Below, in pieces: positions 9,552 to 20,455 of a stretch of DNA of 64,000 nucleotides. The notes below the pieces were generated by a model that searched no databases, was not told the origin of the DNA, and was given only the letters and a program-made list of their open reading frames with translations. The stretch is from positions 512,001 to 576,000 of the forward strand of contig CAWABA010000006.1 in NCBI GenBank assembly GCA_963780185.1. The letters are read 5' to 3'. The number at the start of each line of letters is the position of its first letter. The first letter of the stretch is position 1. Made by a program: the position numbers and the translations under genes. The stretch comes from Candidatus Bathyarchaeota archaeon (GTDB taxonomy: Archaea > Thermoproteota > Bathyarchaeia > Bathyarchaeales > Bathycorpusculaceae).

Positions 9552-9725
9552 TTAGCGGTCGCCAAACTTTTTTGCTTCTAAGCACACGATTTTGTGGCAG
9601 CTAGGGCAGCGAGTAAAGGTCAACTCAAAACCGTTCAGTACATCAAAGCACCGTTCAGTGTACAATTCGCGTTCTTTGTGGCTACAATTAAGCTGGCTTG
9701 CACTAACCAGCCTCTCTTCATCCAT
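9552..9725 (-). CDS. 57-aa Cys-rich microprotein (probable zinc ribbon)
   Basis: Below the track cutoff: MDEERLVSASQLNCSHKERELYTERCFDVLNGFELTFTRCPSCHKIVCLEAKKFGDR, with a GGAG Shine-Dalgarno-like sequence upstream. Confidence 0.6.
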   Translation of the reverse strand: MDEERLVSASQLNCSHKERELYTERCFDVLNGFELTFTRCPSCHKIVCLEAKKFGDR

Positions 9726-9884
9726 TCTCCTTCTCCAAACTTACCATGACCAAAAAAACTTATAACTTTTTTGGAAAACCACCCGAAAAACCGCGCCAAT
9801 TGATGCAGCATTTAAACCTGAGAAAACCATTGGAAAAACGTGAAGCGTTAAATAGCATAATCTTGCATGCATAAGTGACATCTC

Positions 9885-10968
9885 TTGGAGAAGCAAAACG
9901 TGAAAGAAAAAGGCCCCGTATTCATTGTACCTTGGCGATGCACCTTCCAATGCGACAGCAACTGCGTCCACTGCACCTCCGCAGGCAAACCCGCAGTTCC
10001 AAACGAACTTGACACCTCAGACGCATTGAAAATCGTGGATCAAGCCGCCGACTTCGGAGCCAGCTTTTTCGGAATCACAGGCGGGCAACCGTTTCTGCGA
10101 AAAGACCTTTTCCAAGTCATCGCCCACGCCAAAGAACTCGGCTTGAACGCCAGCATCATAACCGATGGACGCCTAATGGACAAAGAAGCCGTCGAAAACA
10201 TCGTCAAATACCAGGTTAAAATTTCAGTCAGCATCGATGGCGCAGAAAAAACCAACGATGCCATCCGTGGGCAGGGCGCTTACGCGGCTGCGGTTTCAGC
10301 AATAAAAAAGTTTTCAGAGGAGAAACTCCTAAATTGCCTCGTCTACACGTTCGCGAACGCTGACCCAGTGACGAACGCAAACGTCGAGGACATGCGTCAC
10401 GTGCTTGATTTAGCCCGCAAATATGACGCGCGTTGGGTTGTTTTCCACGGGTTTATTCCGTATAGCAAGGACAAAAAAGCCCTTTTGGCTGATTTGACGC
10501 CGCAGCAGTACGAGTGGGTATGCAATCAACTCTACGACTTAACCCTGGAGTATCAGGGGAAGCCTGGAATCAACATTTACATTCCTTTCTACGCGCGGGT
10601 GGCGAAGCAGCGAGGCATGCCTGACTTCGAAAAGTGGTACAACAATTTCTTTTTGGGCAGATGCTTCTTCGGCAAATTCTTCAGCGTTGCAGAAAACGGC
10701 GACGCCATACCCTGCAGCTACAACGACGCATACAGGCTCGGCAACATAAAAGACAAGTCGCTCAAGCAGATATGGGATGACATGCAGAGCAGCGAATTCT
10801 TCACCAAAGTCAAGGACAAAAGCAAAATCAAAGGAAAATGCGGTGTCTGCGAATACAAGGATCTTTGCGGCAGGCTGCCGATCAGCAGCGCTCTACTACA
10901 CGGGAGACATTCTGGGCTCAGACTTGCGATGCGCCTACATTCCGCGAGCTTTAAGGAAAAAGAAATAG
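9885..10968 (+). CDS. Radical SAM/SPASM protein (PqqE/AhbD-like), frameshift near 10872
   Basis: CDSNCVHC motif, TGGQPFLR, VSIDG. SPASM region C...GDAIPC...KCGVCEYKDLCG continues in another frame as GCRSAA...SDLRCAY. Confidence 0.9.
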
Positions 10969-11112
10969 CCGCCAAACTCCAGAGTTTTAAAAAGTTCATT
11001 TTTTCTAAGTCTTAGAAAGAATTCCGTGTTATACCTGATCTTAACCGTGAATTTGGCAAGAATTTAAAAGGCAACCAAGCGTAAATATGGGAAATCAGGA
11101 AGAGAGATAGCA

Positions 11113-12942
11113 ATGGGTGAATACAAACTAGGGTTCAGTGGAAACTCTAGAAGATTAAGGAAACTGGCAAAACCAGCCGTCCTAACAATATGCGCATTAC
11201 TTATCATCAGCACCTTGTCGGTTTTAACGTTTAAACGAGCTCAAGGCGCATCGACCACGCTTGCGTTGCACACTTCGGGAAACCAGATACTTGACTCAAA
11301 CAACAATCCGGTCTACCTACGAGGAGTAGGCATGGCTGGGATGACCCCTGACCTGATTTTCTGGGGAACAGGCGGCGGCGACAGTTGGGGCGACCAATGG
11401 CAATCAGCCTCATCGGCCTCCGTCACGCAGACGTTCCAAGCGATGTCCACAACATGGCATGTCAACATGATACGCATCTTCATCTACCCAGAATGGTGGA
11501 TGATGAACAACATTGTGCCAGCCACGGCGTCGGGCCAAGGATACAGCACCACCGCAGTCAACACGCAAACCTACCTCCAAACACTCGCCAGCGAAGCAGA
11601 ACAGTACGGAATCTACTTAGACATAGTACCGTACCAGCTTACCTGCTACAAAGGCTCATTCAGCTCAGACCCGTACATTTCCTCAAACATGGCTGGATCA
11701 CAGGGATTACCCCTAATGAACAACTGGGACACGGCGGCAAGCAGTTACATTGCAAGCACAGGTTTAACGGAGCAAGCGTTTTGGATAAGTTTCTGGACGT
11801 CGATGGCTAACGGGCTTAAAGCGTACCCAAACGTCATATTCGAAGCATGGAACGAGCCCGGCGGAAGTTCAGCTAACACGATACCGTCAAGCTACCTGAG
11901 CTATTTGACGACGATGTACAACGCGATTAGAGCCGCTGGCTCAACGAACCTAATCATGATGCAGTGGCAACCCGGATGGGAACCCAACGCAGGCCTAAAC
12001 CTAAGCTGGGCATCGCAGATTAACACCGCGCTCGGCGGAAGCCCCACCAACATGGTTTACACGACGCATCTTTACTATTACTCGCCGTCTGACAACAGCC
12101 GATTTTGGGATCAAAGCGGTTCAGGTTCAAGCGGAACGCCAATGACTGTGGCACAGCTTGAAACCCAGTTGCAGGGTCTCGAAACAGGCATGGGAATTAG
12201 TGCCCCGCTTGTGATTAATGAGGAAGGCTCCTGTCTCTCGTCGTCAAGCAACGTTCAAAACGATTACACCTGGTTTGGCAACGTGCTTCAAGCTCAGAAT
12301 GCGCTGGAAATCGGCGCAGGAGCCTACTACTGGCTAAGCAGCAGCGGACTAGGCGGAACCTACGACGGCGAATATCTCCTGACAAGCGGCTACACGGCAG
12401 CCAACATGGGACAAGATTACATCAACGCTTACACAGGAACCACAACAACCCCGTCTCCCCCGCCGACACCTACACCCACACCAACTCCAACTCCGAAGCC
12501 TACTCCTACACCAACTCCTTCTCCAGCACCAACTCCAACCCCAACACCTACCCCAACTCCCACACCAACGTCAACGGCCACACCAACTGGAACTCCAACG
12601 CCAACGCCTACTCCGACACCAACACCCACACCAACCCTAACCCCCACACCAACGCCAACACCCACGCCAACCGCGACTCCAACCTCAACTCCAAAGCCAA
12701 CGCCAGACCCAACCGCAACTCCAACACCTACACCAACCCCAGCACCGACTCCCTCACCAACCCCCAAGACAACAGCAACACCAAAACCAACCGCAACCCC
12801 AACCCCCAAGCCAACCCTAAGACCCACGTCTACGCCCACGCCAGCTCCGATAAGGCACCATCGAGGACACAGCGCAATTCTGACTGTATCTTCGTCGTCA
12901 TCGCCGTTTTCGTTCATCTTCAAGCTCTTTTCTTTTCTTTAA
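11113..12942 (+). CDS. Secreted glycoside hydrolase family 5 (cellulase-like) with long Pro/Thr tail
   Basis: [10 protein letters not shown]...[16 protein letters not shown] (acid/base), THLY and LVINEEG (nucleophile). Confidence 0.85.
   Translation: MGEYKLGFSGNSRRLRKLAKPAVLTICALLIISTLSVLTFKRAQGASTTLALHTSGNQILDSNNNPVYLRGVGMAGMTPDLIFWGTGGGDSWGDQWQSASSASVTQTFQAMSTTWHVNMIRIFIYPEWWMMNNIVPATASGQGYSTTAVNTQTYLQTLASEAEQYGIYLDIVPYQLTCYKGSFSSDPYISSNMAGSQGLPLMNNWDTAASSYIASTGLTEQAFWISFWTSMANGLKAYPNVIFEAWNEPGGSSANTIPSSYLSYLTTMYNAIRAAGSTNLIMMQWQPGWEPNAGLNLSWASQINTALGGSPTNMVYTTHLYYYSPSDNSRFWDQSGSGSSGTPMTVAQLETQLQGLETGMGISAPLVINEEGSCLSSSSNVQNDYTWFGNVLQAQNALEIGAGAYYWLSSSGLGGTYDGEYLLTSGYTAANMGQDYINAYTGTTTTPSPPPTPTPTPTPTPKPTPTPTPSPAPTPTPTPTPTPTPTSTATPTGTPTPTPTPTPTPTPTLTPTPTPTPTPTATPTSTPKPTPDPTATPTPTPTPAPTPSPTPKTTATPKPTATPTPKPTLRPTSTPTPAPIRHHRGHSAILTVSSSSSPFSFIFKLFSFL
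12450..12846 (+). repeat. Coding (PT)n linker repeat
   Basis: Degenerate CCN-ACN hexamer array encoding about 130 aa of Pro/Thr. Confidence 0.9.
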
Positions 12943-13156
12943 AGAGCAAAATCCGAGATTTCTCTCAAACCAACTAGTCTAAGATACAAGAAAAAAAGGG
13001 TACAAAGGATGCCCTAAGTTAAGAAGATGTTTTGGAAGCCACCTAGAAAAAATCGAATCACGTTGATATCCTAATTAGGCAGGTTAGTGGGAGTGGCGTG
13101 CACCCAAAAAAATTAAGGAAGAGAGAGGGGGGTAAAGGGAATCATTTGGATGCACG

Positions 13157-13459
13157 TCACACGTTTAGGAACTTCTCAGGTAGTGTCGGAAAAGGGCGCC
13201 GTAAGTTCTTCTTGACTTGCTGTAGTTGAGCTTGTGCTTTGGTTTTTGGGAAAAGCTGTTTTTGTGTTTCTTTGCTTGTGATGAAGACGGATCCGCCGTT
13301 TTTCAGGTGCTGCTTTACCTGGCAGAAATCTACTTGGTCAGCTTCCTGAACTTCAACGTCGTTGCTTGAATCGTTGTCCAGCAGAAGGACTTGAAACATC
13401 GGGGTCTTAGTTTTTTTGTTTTCAATAGAAGTTTTCAAAGAACTTTTCCCTTCCCGCAA
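13157..13459 (-). CDS. Hypothetical protein
   Basis: Globular-looking core MFQVLLLDND...HLKNGGSVFITSK. Start and end uncertain. Confidence 0.55.
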   Translation of the reverse strand: MREGKSSLKTSIENKKTKTPMFQVLLLDNDSSNDVEVQEADQVDFCQVKQHLKNGGSVFITSKETQKQLFPKTKAQAQLQQVKKNLRRPFPTLPEKFLNV

Positions 13460-13521
13460 TTAGAGAATAAGTATTATTTGATTCGATAAATTCTTAAAGC
13501 TATGTGACTGTCAAGCGACTA

Positions 13522-14205
13522 CTACAAAGTGGCTTCCACGGGGTTTATTGCTGCAGAATGAACGCAGCCACACTGCTTATCCGCCAAGGTCGGAACAATC
13601 AAATCAGGCTTCGCCCCTTCAAGCTCCGCTCGTGAATAGACGCCTGTGAGAACCGCAACGCAGCCCATGTTCGCTGATTTAGCCGCCTTAACCCCGAACA
13701 GAGAATCCTCCACAACCACGCATCGTTCCGGCTTTGCCCCAAGCTTCGCCGCCGTTTTCAGGAAAATCTCTGGGTTAGGCTTTGAATGCGAAATCGACTC
13801 AGCCGTGAGAACCACTCTAAAGTATTTCTCTACGTCTTTGGCTTTCAGCAGATGGCTGATGACTGAGTAATTGTTCATTGAAGCTAAACCCATCCTTATT
13901 TTGCCATGCAACGCTTCAAGAAGCTCTCTGGCTCCCGAAAACAGAGGCACTTGGTCGGTGAGTTCGATTTCAAGTTCGCTCTTGCGTTCAACAAGGCGCT
14001 GGACTGTTTTTTCGTCAAATGGCGTTTTGGCTGCCCGCAGAATGTCTCTGAAAGTATCTGCCGCGCCGATGCCGATTCTCCGCTCAATATATTCGTCGCT
14101 TACTTTGCAGTCGATTTCGCCGAGAGCCTTCTGGAATGAAACCACGATTACTCGGCGGGTGTCACCTAAGGTGCCGTCCCAATCAAAAATAGCTGCTTCA
14201 AACAT
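13522..14205 (-). CDS. HAD-family phosphatase (beta-PGM-like)
   Basis: FDWDGTL, KPNPEIF and VVEDS motifs. Confidence 0.92.
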   Translation of the reverse strand: MFEAAIFDWDGTLGDTRRVIVVSFQKALGEIDCKVSDEYIERRIGIGAADTFRDILRAAKTPFDEKTVQRLVERKSELEIELTDQVPLFSGARELLEALHGKIRMGLASMNNYSVISHLLKAKDVEKYFRVVLTAESISHSKPNPEIFLKTAAKLGAKPERCVVVEDSLFGVKAAKSANMGCVAVLTGVYSRAELEGAKPDLIVPTLADKQCGCVHSAAINPVEATL

Positions 14206-14216
14206 GGCGGCTCAGG

Positions 14217-15024
14217 CTAGTTTAGGTTCAGTTTTTCTCGGATTTCCTGGCTTTTCTTCGTGGCTTCTTCTATGGCGCGGATCATTGCGGGTCGGATTTG
14301 GCTTTGCTCAATCTGGTAGATGGCTTCAATCGTTGTTCCGCCGGGCGTGGTGGTCATGTCTTTGATTTTTGACGGCTCCTCATGCAGGTCCAAAACCAGC
14401 TTGCCTGTTCCCATCACGGTTTGGGCTGCACAGGTTAATGCGATGTTGCGGGGCAACCCTACTTTGAGCCCGGCGTAAGTTAAGGCTTCGACGATGATGG
14501 ACATGTAGCCTGGACCGCTTCCGCTAACCGCGGTTATTGCATCCAAGTATTTTTCGTCCAGTTCGTCGCATATGCCGAACATGTTCAGCAACGTTTTAAC
14601 TTTTTCTTTGTCCTCTGCGGTGACGTTGGGTTCGCAGCAATAAGCCGTGTAGGCAGCCTGCACCAAGGCGCCGAGGTTAGGCATTATTCGCACAATTCGC
14701 GCGTCAGGCGCGTTCTTCCGCAAGAAACTTCAGCGGCACCGTGGCAGCAACAGAAATCAGTAGTTTATCCTTAATTTCCACGTTAATTTCCTTGAGAACC
14801 TTTGCCACATCGCCAGGCTTAACTATGATGAAAACGATGTCGGCGTCTGCAGCGGCTTTCTTGTTGTCTGTTGAAGTTTTTACGCCGAGGCTTTCAAATT
14901 CCTTAAGCCGTTCCAACGCAATGTCAACCGCCGTTATCTTGCCTTTGTAGCCGCTTTTAAGCAGGCTTTTGATGATGGCGCCGCCCATCATTCCTGAACC
15001 GATAACCGTGATTTTGTCATTCAT
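14217..15024 (-). CDS. proC: Pyrroline-5-carboxylate reductase, frameshift near 14715
   Basis: VIGSGMMG, IVKP and ISVAA in the first ORF; RIMPN, TAVSGSGPGY and TTPGGTT in the second. Confidence 0.92.
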
Positions 15025-15356
15025 CGCTGTTCACTTGCTACTTATGCACTTGCACTTAGCTCTTAAACTTTTTTCGCCTTAGCCGACTCACATTTCTCCT
15101 TGGCAAAGGGTTTAGTGTTTCCTGTATATTTTAAATACTAGTTACAAACAAATTGGACGCCCACGGGGAAGGCGAGACACAGCTGTCTTGCTTGCGGTAT
15201 AATCGATGAAGCGAAGGAGAGATTAAGGGCGGCGAAAGAACAGACGATTCTTTTTTACGCATCGACCTCAATGCGCCAATTCGTAAAAACCGCTTGAAAG
15301 CCTTCCCAACATCAAAATTCAGAAGGCATTAAGTCAAAAACCTAAGAGGAAAAATC

Positions 15357-17312
15357 ATGAATAAAAAAATAATTGAAGCAATTTGTATAACCGCGTTGCT
15401 GGTTGTGTCATCTTTTGCTCTGCTAAACGTCGGGCACGCCACAGCGCTCACCGTAAGCCTAATTGACACTGTCACGGGCACAAATTCAGGTTATCTGCAT
15501 GAGGCAATCCAATACAGCGGGTCAGGACTGGATAATACTAAAAGCTACGCTATTTATTTGCATCTGGAAGGCAGCTCAAGCAGCAGCGACTACCACGTCA
15601 CTACAGTATATTATCAAAGTAGTTTCACGATACCCAGCGATGGTTTTCCAGCAGGCTTAGGTGGAGTTTACGATGTTCAACTGAGAGACGCTGGAACAAA
15701 CAGCGTTTTGACTTCAAGCACTTTTACCCTGTTTACCACGGTCACTTTCTTGCAGAGTGATGGTAGCAGCGACGGATTAGCGCCATTCTACTTTATGGCA
15801 GGCATGCAGGTTGGAATTTTCTGCGAGGCTCTCTCTAAGGCTGACGCAAGCACTGACACATTCTTAACCACTTATGACGGAAATTCAGTCTCCGTAAGTT
15901 ACACAAAATGGACATTGGAGAATGGCGCCGTTTGGGGGGTTTTCACTATCCCATCAAATGCGGCACTCGGCATCCATACAATAGTTGTCACAGACCAAAC
16001 GACAGGTGACACTGGTACAGGGCAATTCACGGTTCTGGCTCCAATAATTATCAGTGTTTCGCCTTCAGGCAAAGCCTTAGATTACGCGATGACACAGAGG
16101 CTTACTGCTACAGCTTCAGGCGGTCTTGCGCCTCTAACATACTTTTGGTCCAAAAACGGTACCGTGGTTCAATCCGGAACCTCCAACTATTATGATTACT
16201 ACGGCTTGATTGCAGATGAGCCTGCAGTCAGAATCAGCTGTACGGTGTATGATAACACCTACATTCATTATTCAGCAACATCAGCAGACTCCATAATTAC
16301 AATAAATAATTACCCTGCAATAGGCATCGACATCACCACTGGGTCCTCACCCGTAGCGGTTGGTCAATCAATAACGTTCACAGCGACCACATTTAACGGC
16401 GTTCCAACTAGCTACGCGTGGTACGCAAACAGTGTCCTCCAAAATGGAGTTTCAGGTGCAACATTTACTTACACGCCCTCAGCCGTGGGAACTGGGTCAG
16501 TCGCGGTCTACGCAGTAGCGACCGACGCCGCTGCCCAACAAGCAACCTCAAGCACCAAAACCATTACGGTAACTCAAGGCGTCCCCTTGATGGGAACATT
16601 AAACGTGAACCCTAACCCAGCCAACTCTGGAACCCAAGTTACAGGATCCGTCACCGTCTCGCCGCCGTCAGCAGGCTGCGCAACACCAACTGGAACCGTT
16701 AACTTCCAAGTCCAAGTCGACACCGGCGCATGGACAACTTTTAGCACAAAAACCCTCGATGGAAGCGGACAAGCCACATCTGACCCCTACCCGTCGTCAG
16801 GCGGCGTATCGATCGCTCACACCTACAAGTTCCAAGCAGTCTACGGCGGCGACACCAACTACCTCTCGCAAACAAGCAGCTCCAGCACCCAGCTAACCGT
16901 GAATCCCACGCCCCACGTCGTCTTCTCGTGCCCGACCAACGTTACTTCGGGAACTGCCTTCAGCCTCACCGTAACTGTTCAAGACGCATATTCAGGTGCA
17001 ACCCTGACAAGCTACTCGGGACCCGTCACCTTAGCGCCCAGCACAGGAACCCTCAGCCTGACGCAAGTTCCAATTTCAAACGGTATTTGGACAGGGCAGC
17101 AAACGTTGACTTCAACCAGCAGCTCAGCCACTATAACAGCATCCGACAGCTCGGGCACGCTTGGAGTAAGCACCGCAATAAACTTGGACCAGCCTGTGGT
17201 GCCTGAGTCGCCTCAATTGCTACTGATCTTTTCAGTCGTGTTGGCGTTTGCGACGTTGGCAGTCTCTGTCGGCATCAGACGACCCAAACCCGTTCAAGGA
17301 AAAAATGAATAA
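15357..17312 (+). CDS. Secreted multi-Ig-like surface protein with VPES-TM-basic tail
   Basis: Signal peptide, Ser/Thr-rich beta domains including Big_3-like PTGTVNF...AVYGGDTNY, then VVPESP, TM and RRPK. Confidence 0.85.
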   Translation: MNKKIIEAICITALLVVSSFALLNVGHATALTVSLIDTVTGTNSGYLHEAIQYSGSGLDNTKSYAIYLHLEGSSSSSDYHVTTVYYQSSFTIPSDGFPAGLGGVYDVQLRDAGTNSVLTSSTFTLFTTVTFLQSDGSSDGLAPFYFMAGMQVGIFCEALSKADASTDTFLTTYDGNSVSVSYTKWTLENGAVWGVFTIPSNAALGIHTIVVTDQTTGDTGTGQFTVLAPIIISVSPSGKALDYAMTQRLTATASGGLAPLTYFWSKNGTVVQSGTSNYYDYYGLIADEPAVRISCTVYDNTYIHYSATSADSIITINNYPAIGIDITTGSSPVAVGQSITFTATTFNGVPTSYAWYANSVLQNGVSGATFTYTPSAVGTGSVAVYAVATDAAAQQATSSTKTITVTQGVPLMGTLNVNPNPANSGTQVTGSVTVSPPSAGCATPTGTVNFQVQVDTGAWTTFSTKTLDGSGQATSDPYPSSGGVSIAHTYKFQAVYGGDTNYLSQTSSSSTQLTVNPTPHVVFSCPTNVTSGTAFSLTVTVQDAYSGATLTSYSGPVTLAPSTGTLSLTQVPISNGIWTGQQTLTSTSSSATITASDSSGTLGVSTAINLDQPVVPESPQLLLIFSVVLAFATLAVSVGIRRPKPVQGKNE

Positions 17313-17367
17313 GATAACAGAACAGGGGCATAACGCCTCTTCTTTTCTTTGTTTCAGTTTTCTGTTC

Positions 17368-18582
17368 TCAGCGCTGGAGCGAAAGAGACTTCAAGGCTTC
17401 TTGAGCCGCCATGGCAGGGGCGTCTGTCCTCAGGGCTCTGGGGCTGAAATGAGTCGGAACAGCTTGGAAACCCCGCTGCTTGAGCGCCTCGGCGAAGGCT
17501 TGTACTGAGGGGGAAGGGAGACCGAGTTTTTGGCTTAGCTTGTCAAGCACGTAGTACGTCATTGGGGCTTGAGCTTCTTGTTTTGTCAATGAAAGAAGTT
17601 TTGAGATTCGAGCGTTACCTTTGAAGGCGACCCGTTGGTTTTCTTTAATCATCAGGTCAACGAATTTTTGGTCAAAGATGCTTCCAAGCCAAAGTGGACC
17701 CGCGTAATCCATTTTTGAGCCGCATTCGGGGCACGTCAGGTTGCCGAACGGTTGACGCGTTGTTTCTCGGTGGAGGCAGTTGAAGCAATGCAGTATGTAC
17801 CCGAGGGTTTTGACGCTTTCGTCGCCTCTCTCCGCGCCATAGGAGATTTGAGTGTAAAGCCTGATGTAGTGTTCGCTGCTGTGGCTGAAAACCACATGAA
17901 TCCCAATGTCATGCTTTGCAGCCAACGTTGCGGTGCAGCCTGCTAAAAGCCTAACGGCAAGTTCATGGCAGTACTCGGTGCGCAGGGGTTTTCCGCCGTA
18001 TTTTCGGATACAGGCTTTCTGGTGTACCCCGCATAGCGGCGCCAAGTCAGTGGCGGTTGAAGCCAGCAAACCATGATTTCGAAGCGCTCTTAGAGCTGAA
18101 CCCAAGAACGGGGCAGGAGTACCGAAAGGGTCAACATCAACGATGTCAAAGCGTTTCTTGGGCGAGGCATTGCAGCTTAAAGTGCAGTTTGCATCCCTAT
18201 GCTTAACCGTAACCACGTTTTCCAGTCCGTTAAGTCGCACGTTGTGCTCTGCGACTTTGAATGCCCGCTCGTTGATGTCGCTGATTAAAACTCTGTTTAC
18301 GCCTTCAACCTCTTTGGCGAAGCGGATGCCTCGGATTCCTTGGCTGGTTAAGGGTTCGCAGATGCTGATTTCCCTGCCGACCATGCGTTGGTAGGCTTGG
18401 AAGGCCAGAACCGAGAGGTCACGGTTGAACTCCATAACTGGGTTGTAGAAAACAGGCGCTTTAGAAGGCGCATAATCCGAGGGGCTGATAGCGTAGGCTT
18501 CAAGTTTAGGCACTAAGACATGCACTTTGCCTTCCCTGATTATTTCGCTTGGAAAATCAGGTGTATAGACGCTGTCTGCCAT
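17368..18582 (-). CDS. trm1: tRNA (guanine-26-N2)-dimethyltransferase
   Basis: VFYNPVMEFNRD, GIRGIR, DVDPFGTP, TATD, two CxxC and AGPLW. Confidence 0.95.
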   Translation of the reverse strand: MADSVYTPDFPSEIIREGKVHVLVPKLEAYAISPSDYAPSKAPVFYNPVMEFNRDLSVLAFQAYQRMVGREISICEPLTSQGIRGIRFAKEVEGVNRVLISDINERAFKVAEHNVRLNGLENVVTVKHRDANCTLSCNASPKKRFDIVDVDPFGTPAPFLGSALRALRNHGLLASTATDLAPLCGVHQKACIRKYGGKPLRTEYCHELAVRLLAGCTATLAAKHDIGIHVVFSHSSEHYIRLYTQISYGAERGDESVKTLGYILHCFNCLHRETTRQPFGNLTCPECGSKMDYAGPLWLGSIFDQKFVDLMIKENQRVAFKGNARISKLLSLTKQEAQAPMTYYVLDKLSQKLGLPSPSVQAFAEALKQRGFQAVPTHFSPRALRTDAPAMAAQEALKSLSLQR

Positions 18583-18663
18583 GTGTTTGGTTCCCAGCTG
18601 GGTTTGCTTATGAAAAGAATTTTATCGGCATATTAGACTTCTGGTTAGTGTGGTGCGAAACGG

Positions 18664-19221
18664 TTGCAGAAGCGGGTTTTGCTCATAACAGGTGCCCCAG
18701 GCGTCGGGAAAACAACGGTGCTTTCCAAAACGGTGGAAGCTCTTAGAGCGCAGGGGGTTTCGGTCGGCGGCATGATTAGCCGTGAAGCAAGAGAAGGCAA
18801 CGTGCGGGTAGGCTTTGAAATCATCGATTTAACCAACGACGAGCACGGGTGGCTAGCACATGTTGACCAGAAGGTTGGTCCGAAAGTCGGCAAGTACCAT
18901 GTGAACATTGAAGACCTCGAAAACGTAGGCGTAAGAGCCATCGTGGAAGCCGCTGAAAAATGCGATGTTGTGGCGATTGATGAGATTGGTCCCATGGAGC
19001 TGTACTCGGAAAAGTTCAAGGAGGCTGTAAATTTGGCGCTGCTGAGCGGAAAGCTGGTTTTAGCAGTGATGCATGCGAAAGCCAAAGACGCATTAATCTG
19101 CGAGGCGAAACAAAGGGAAGACGCTGAAATTTTCTCCATAAATATAGCCAACCGTGAGGCTTTGCCTGAAAAGCTGAAAAAGCAGGTGCAGGCAGTTCTC
19201 AAAACTCAGCAGGTTACGTGA
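18664..19221 (+). CDS. THEP1-family NTPase
   Basis: ITGAPGVGKTT, RVGF, VGKY and IDEIGPME. Confidence 0.93.
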   Translation: MQKRVLLITGAPGVGKTTVLSKTVEALRAQGVSVGGMISREAREGNVRVGFEIIDLTNDEHGWLAHVDQKVGPKVGKYHVNIEDLENVGVRAIVEAAEKCDVVAIDEIGPMELYSEKFKEAVNLALLSGKLVLAVMHAKAKDALICEAKQREDAEIFSINIANREALPEKLKKQVQAVLKTQQVT

Positions 19222-19568
19222 ATTAACGCTACAAATTTCCTTTGCTCTTTCTCGATTTCGCCGATTGCTCGGGGCGTAGGCAGGATTGTCGCGTTGTACT
19301 TTTTTAGAATCTCAAGAGCTTTCGGCGTTATGGGCAAGGCGGCTTCATGTCCCGTGCCAATGTACAGGGCTTCGAATTGTTCCGTGGGTAGAAATTCGAG
19401 TTCGCGTTCAGAAAGAGGCGTATGACCGTACTCGGGCTTTAGGTTTTTGGATTTCTTTTTTTCCCTTTTCGTGATTGACCCATTGGAATGGATTACGATG
19501 TCTTTTTCGTATTTTTCCCCGTTGACCTTAATCCACCCAAACTTCGATTTGAAAGATAAAGTTTTCAT
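19206..19568 (-). CDS. Mth938-like (NDUFAF3/AAMDC) domain protein
   Basis: FGWIKVNGEKYEKDIVI, YIGTG, LPTPRAI and ALIHVTC. Confidence 0.88.
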   Translation of the reverse strand: MKTLSFKSKFGWIKVNGEKYEKDIVIHSNGSITKREKKKSKNLKPEYGHTPLSERELEFLPTEQFEALYIGTGHEAALPITPKALEILKKYNATILPTPRAIGEIEKEQRKFVALIHVTC

Positions 19569-19580
19569 AAGCTAATCAAA

Positions 19581-19901
19581 CTAGTATTGTCGCAATCTTA
19601 TTTTGGTTTTTTGCCGTGCGCTTTGTTGCTTTTTTGGGTTAGCGTTAGGTTTTGTTTTTTCGGGTTTAGAGGGTTCATCCCAGTACTTGTCAAATTCTTC
19701 GGGTGACATGATATCTAAGGTTTGTAGTTGCTGGCTGAAAGCGTCGAGGGCGCAGCGGTTGTTTAGGTGCGCGTGGTAAACTTCGATGAGAAGGTTAATT
19801 GCCATTGATTTAGAGATGGGTTTTTTAGCCATGAAAGTTAATTCTTCCGCTGCTTTAGCTAAATCGTCATCGATTTTATCGGGCAAAACAAGGGTTTTCA
19901 T
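19581..19901 (-). CDS. Hypothetical protein, RHH-like N-terminus
   Basis: Located within an operon; N-terminus MKTLVLPDKIDDDLAKAAEEL...ISKSMAINLL. Confidence 0.6.
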   Translation of the reverse strand: MKTLVLPDKIDDDLAKAAEELTFMAKKPISKSMAINLLIEVYHAHLNNRCALDAFSQQLQTLDIMSPEEFDKYWDEPSKPEKTKPNANPKKQQSARQKTKIRLRQY

Positions 19902-19909
19902 GACATCGC

Positions 19910-20455
19910 CTACAAGCTCTTTGCTACTTGCTCCGCATCCTTTTTAATCTTCGCCAAATCCTCCGCCGTCGGCTTCCCACGGATGTCGCCGAGCTTGCCC
20001 AAGGTGCTGTTGTCTTCTCTTCCATGAAACTCGCCAACAACGTACCATTCGCCGACCACTGTGAAGCCGAAATGCTCAAAGTACTGCCGCATCGTCTTTC
20101 CAGCAGGCGTCGCCTCATCAATTCCCGTGTGGGGTCCCGAATAGGTGACGAAAACCAGCGCGTTTTTGCCCGGCACTTTTGGGGCGCAAGGCTTGATTTT
20201 TCCTTGGCTGCGGTAAAGGTTCAGCTTAGCCTTCAGCAAGTCAGCTATCGGCTGGGCAGGCTGCCACTGAATCGAGGGCGAACCGACACAGACCAAATCA
20301 TAAGCGTAAAAATCCAGTTTGTCGGCTTCTTGGGGCTTTTTTAACTCAACGCGGAATCCTGCTGCCTCCAAGCCGACTTGTATTGCGTAGGCAACTTTCT
20401 GGGTGTTTCCCGTGCTTGACCAGTAAACTATTAACGCGGACTTCAAACCTGACAC
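19910..20455 (-). CDS. Flavodoxin-like protein
   Basis: VYWSSTGNTQKVA and DLVCVGSP. Confidence 0.9.
   Translation of the reverse strand: MSGLKSALIVYWSSTGNTQKVAYAIQVGLEAAGFRVELKKPQEADKLDFYAYDLVCVGSPSIQWQPAQPIADLLKAKLNLYRSQGKIKPCAPKVPGKNALVFVTYSGPHTGIDEATPAGKTMRQYFEHFGFTVVGEWYVVGEFHGREDNSTLGKLGDIRGKPTAEDLAKIKKDAEQVAKSL

Noticed and set aside
12429-12923. Antisense Gly/Val-rich ORF
   Set aside because: It is the mirror of the Pro/Thr linker of the GH5 gene.
15150-15340. Riboswitch in the leader of the Ig-like surface protein (hairpin GCGAGACA-CAGC-TGTCTTGC)
   Set aside because: A single hairpin with no recognisable aptamer consensus; an Rfam scan would be needed.
18645-19202. 185-aa antisense ORF, representative of the many short overlapping ORFs in the track
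   Set aside because: Lies opposite a well-supported gene (THEP1 NTPase) and has no motifs; treated as a shadow ORF.
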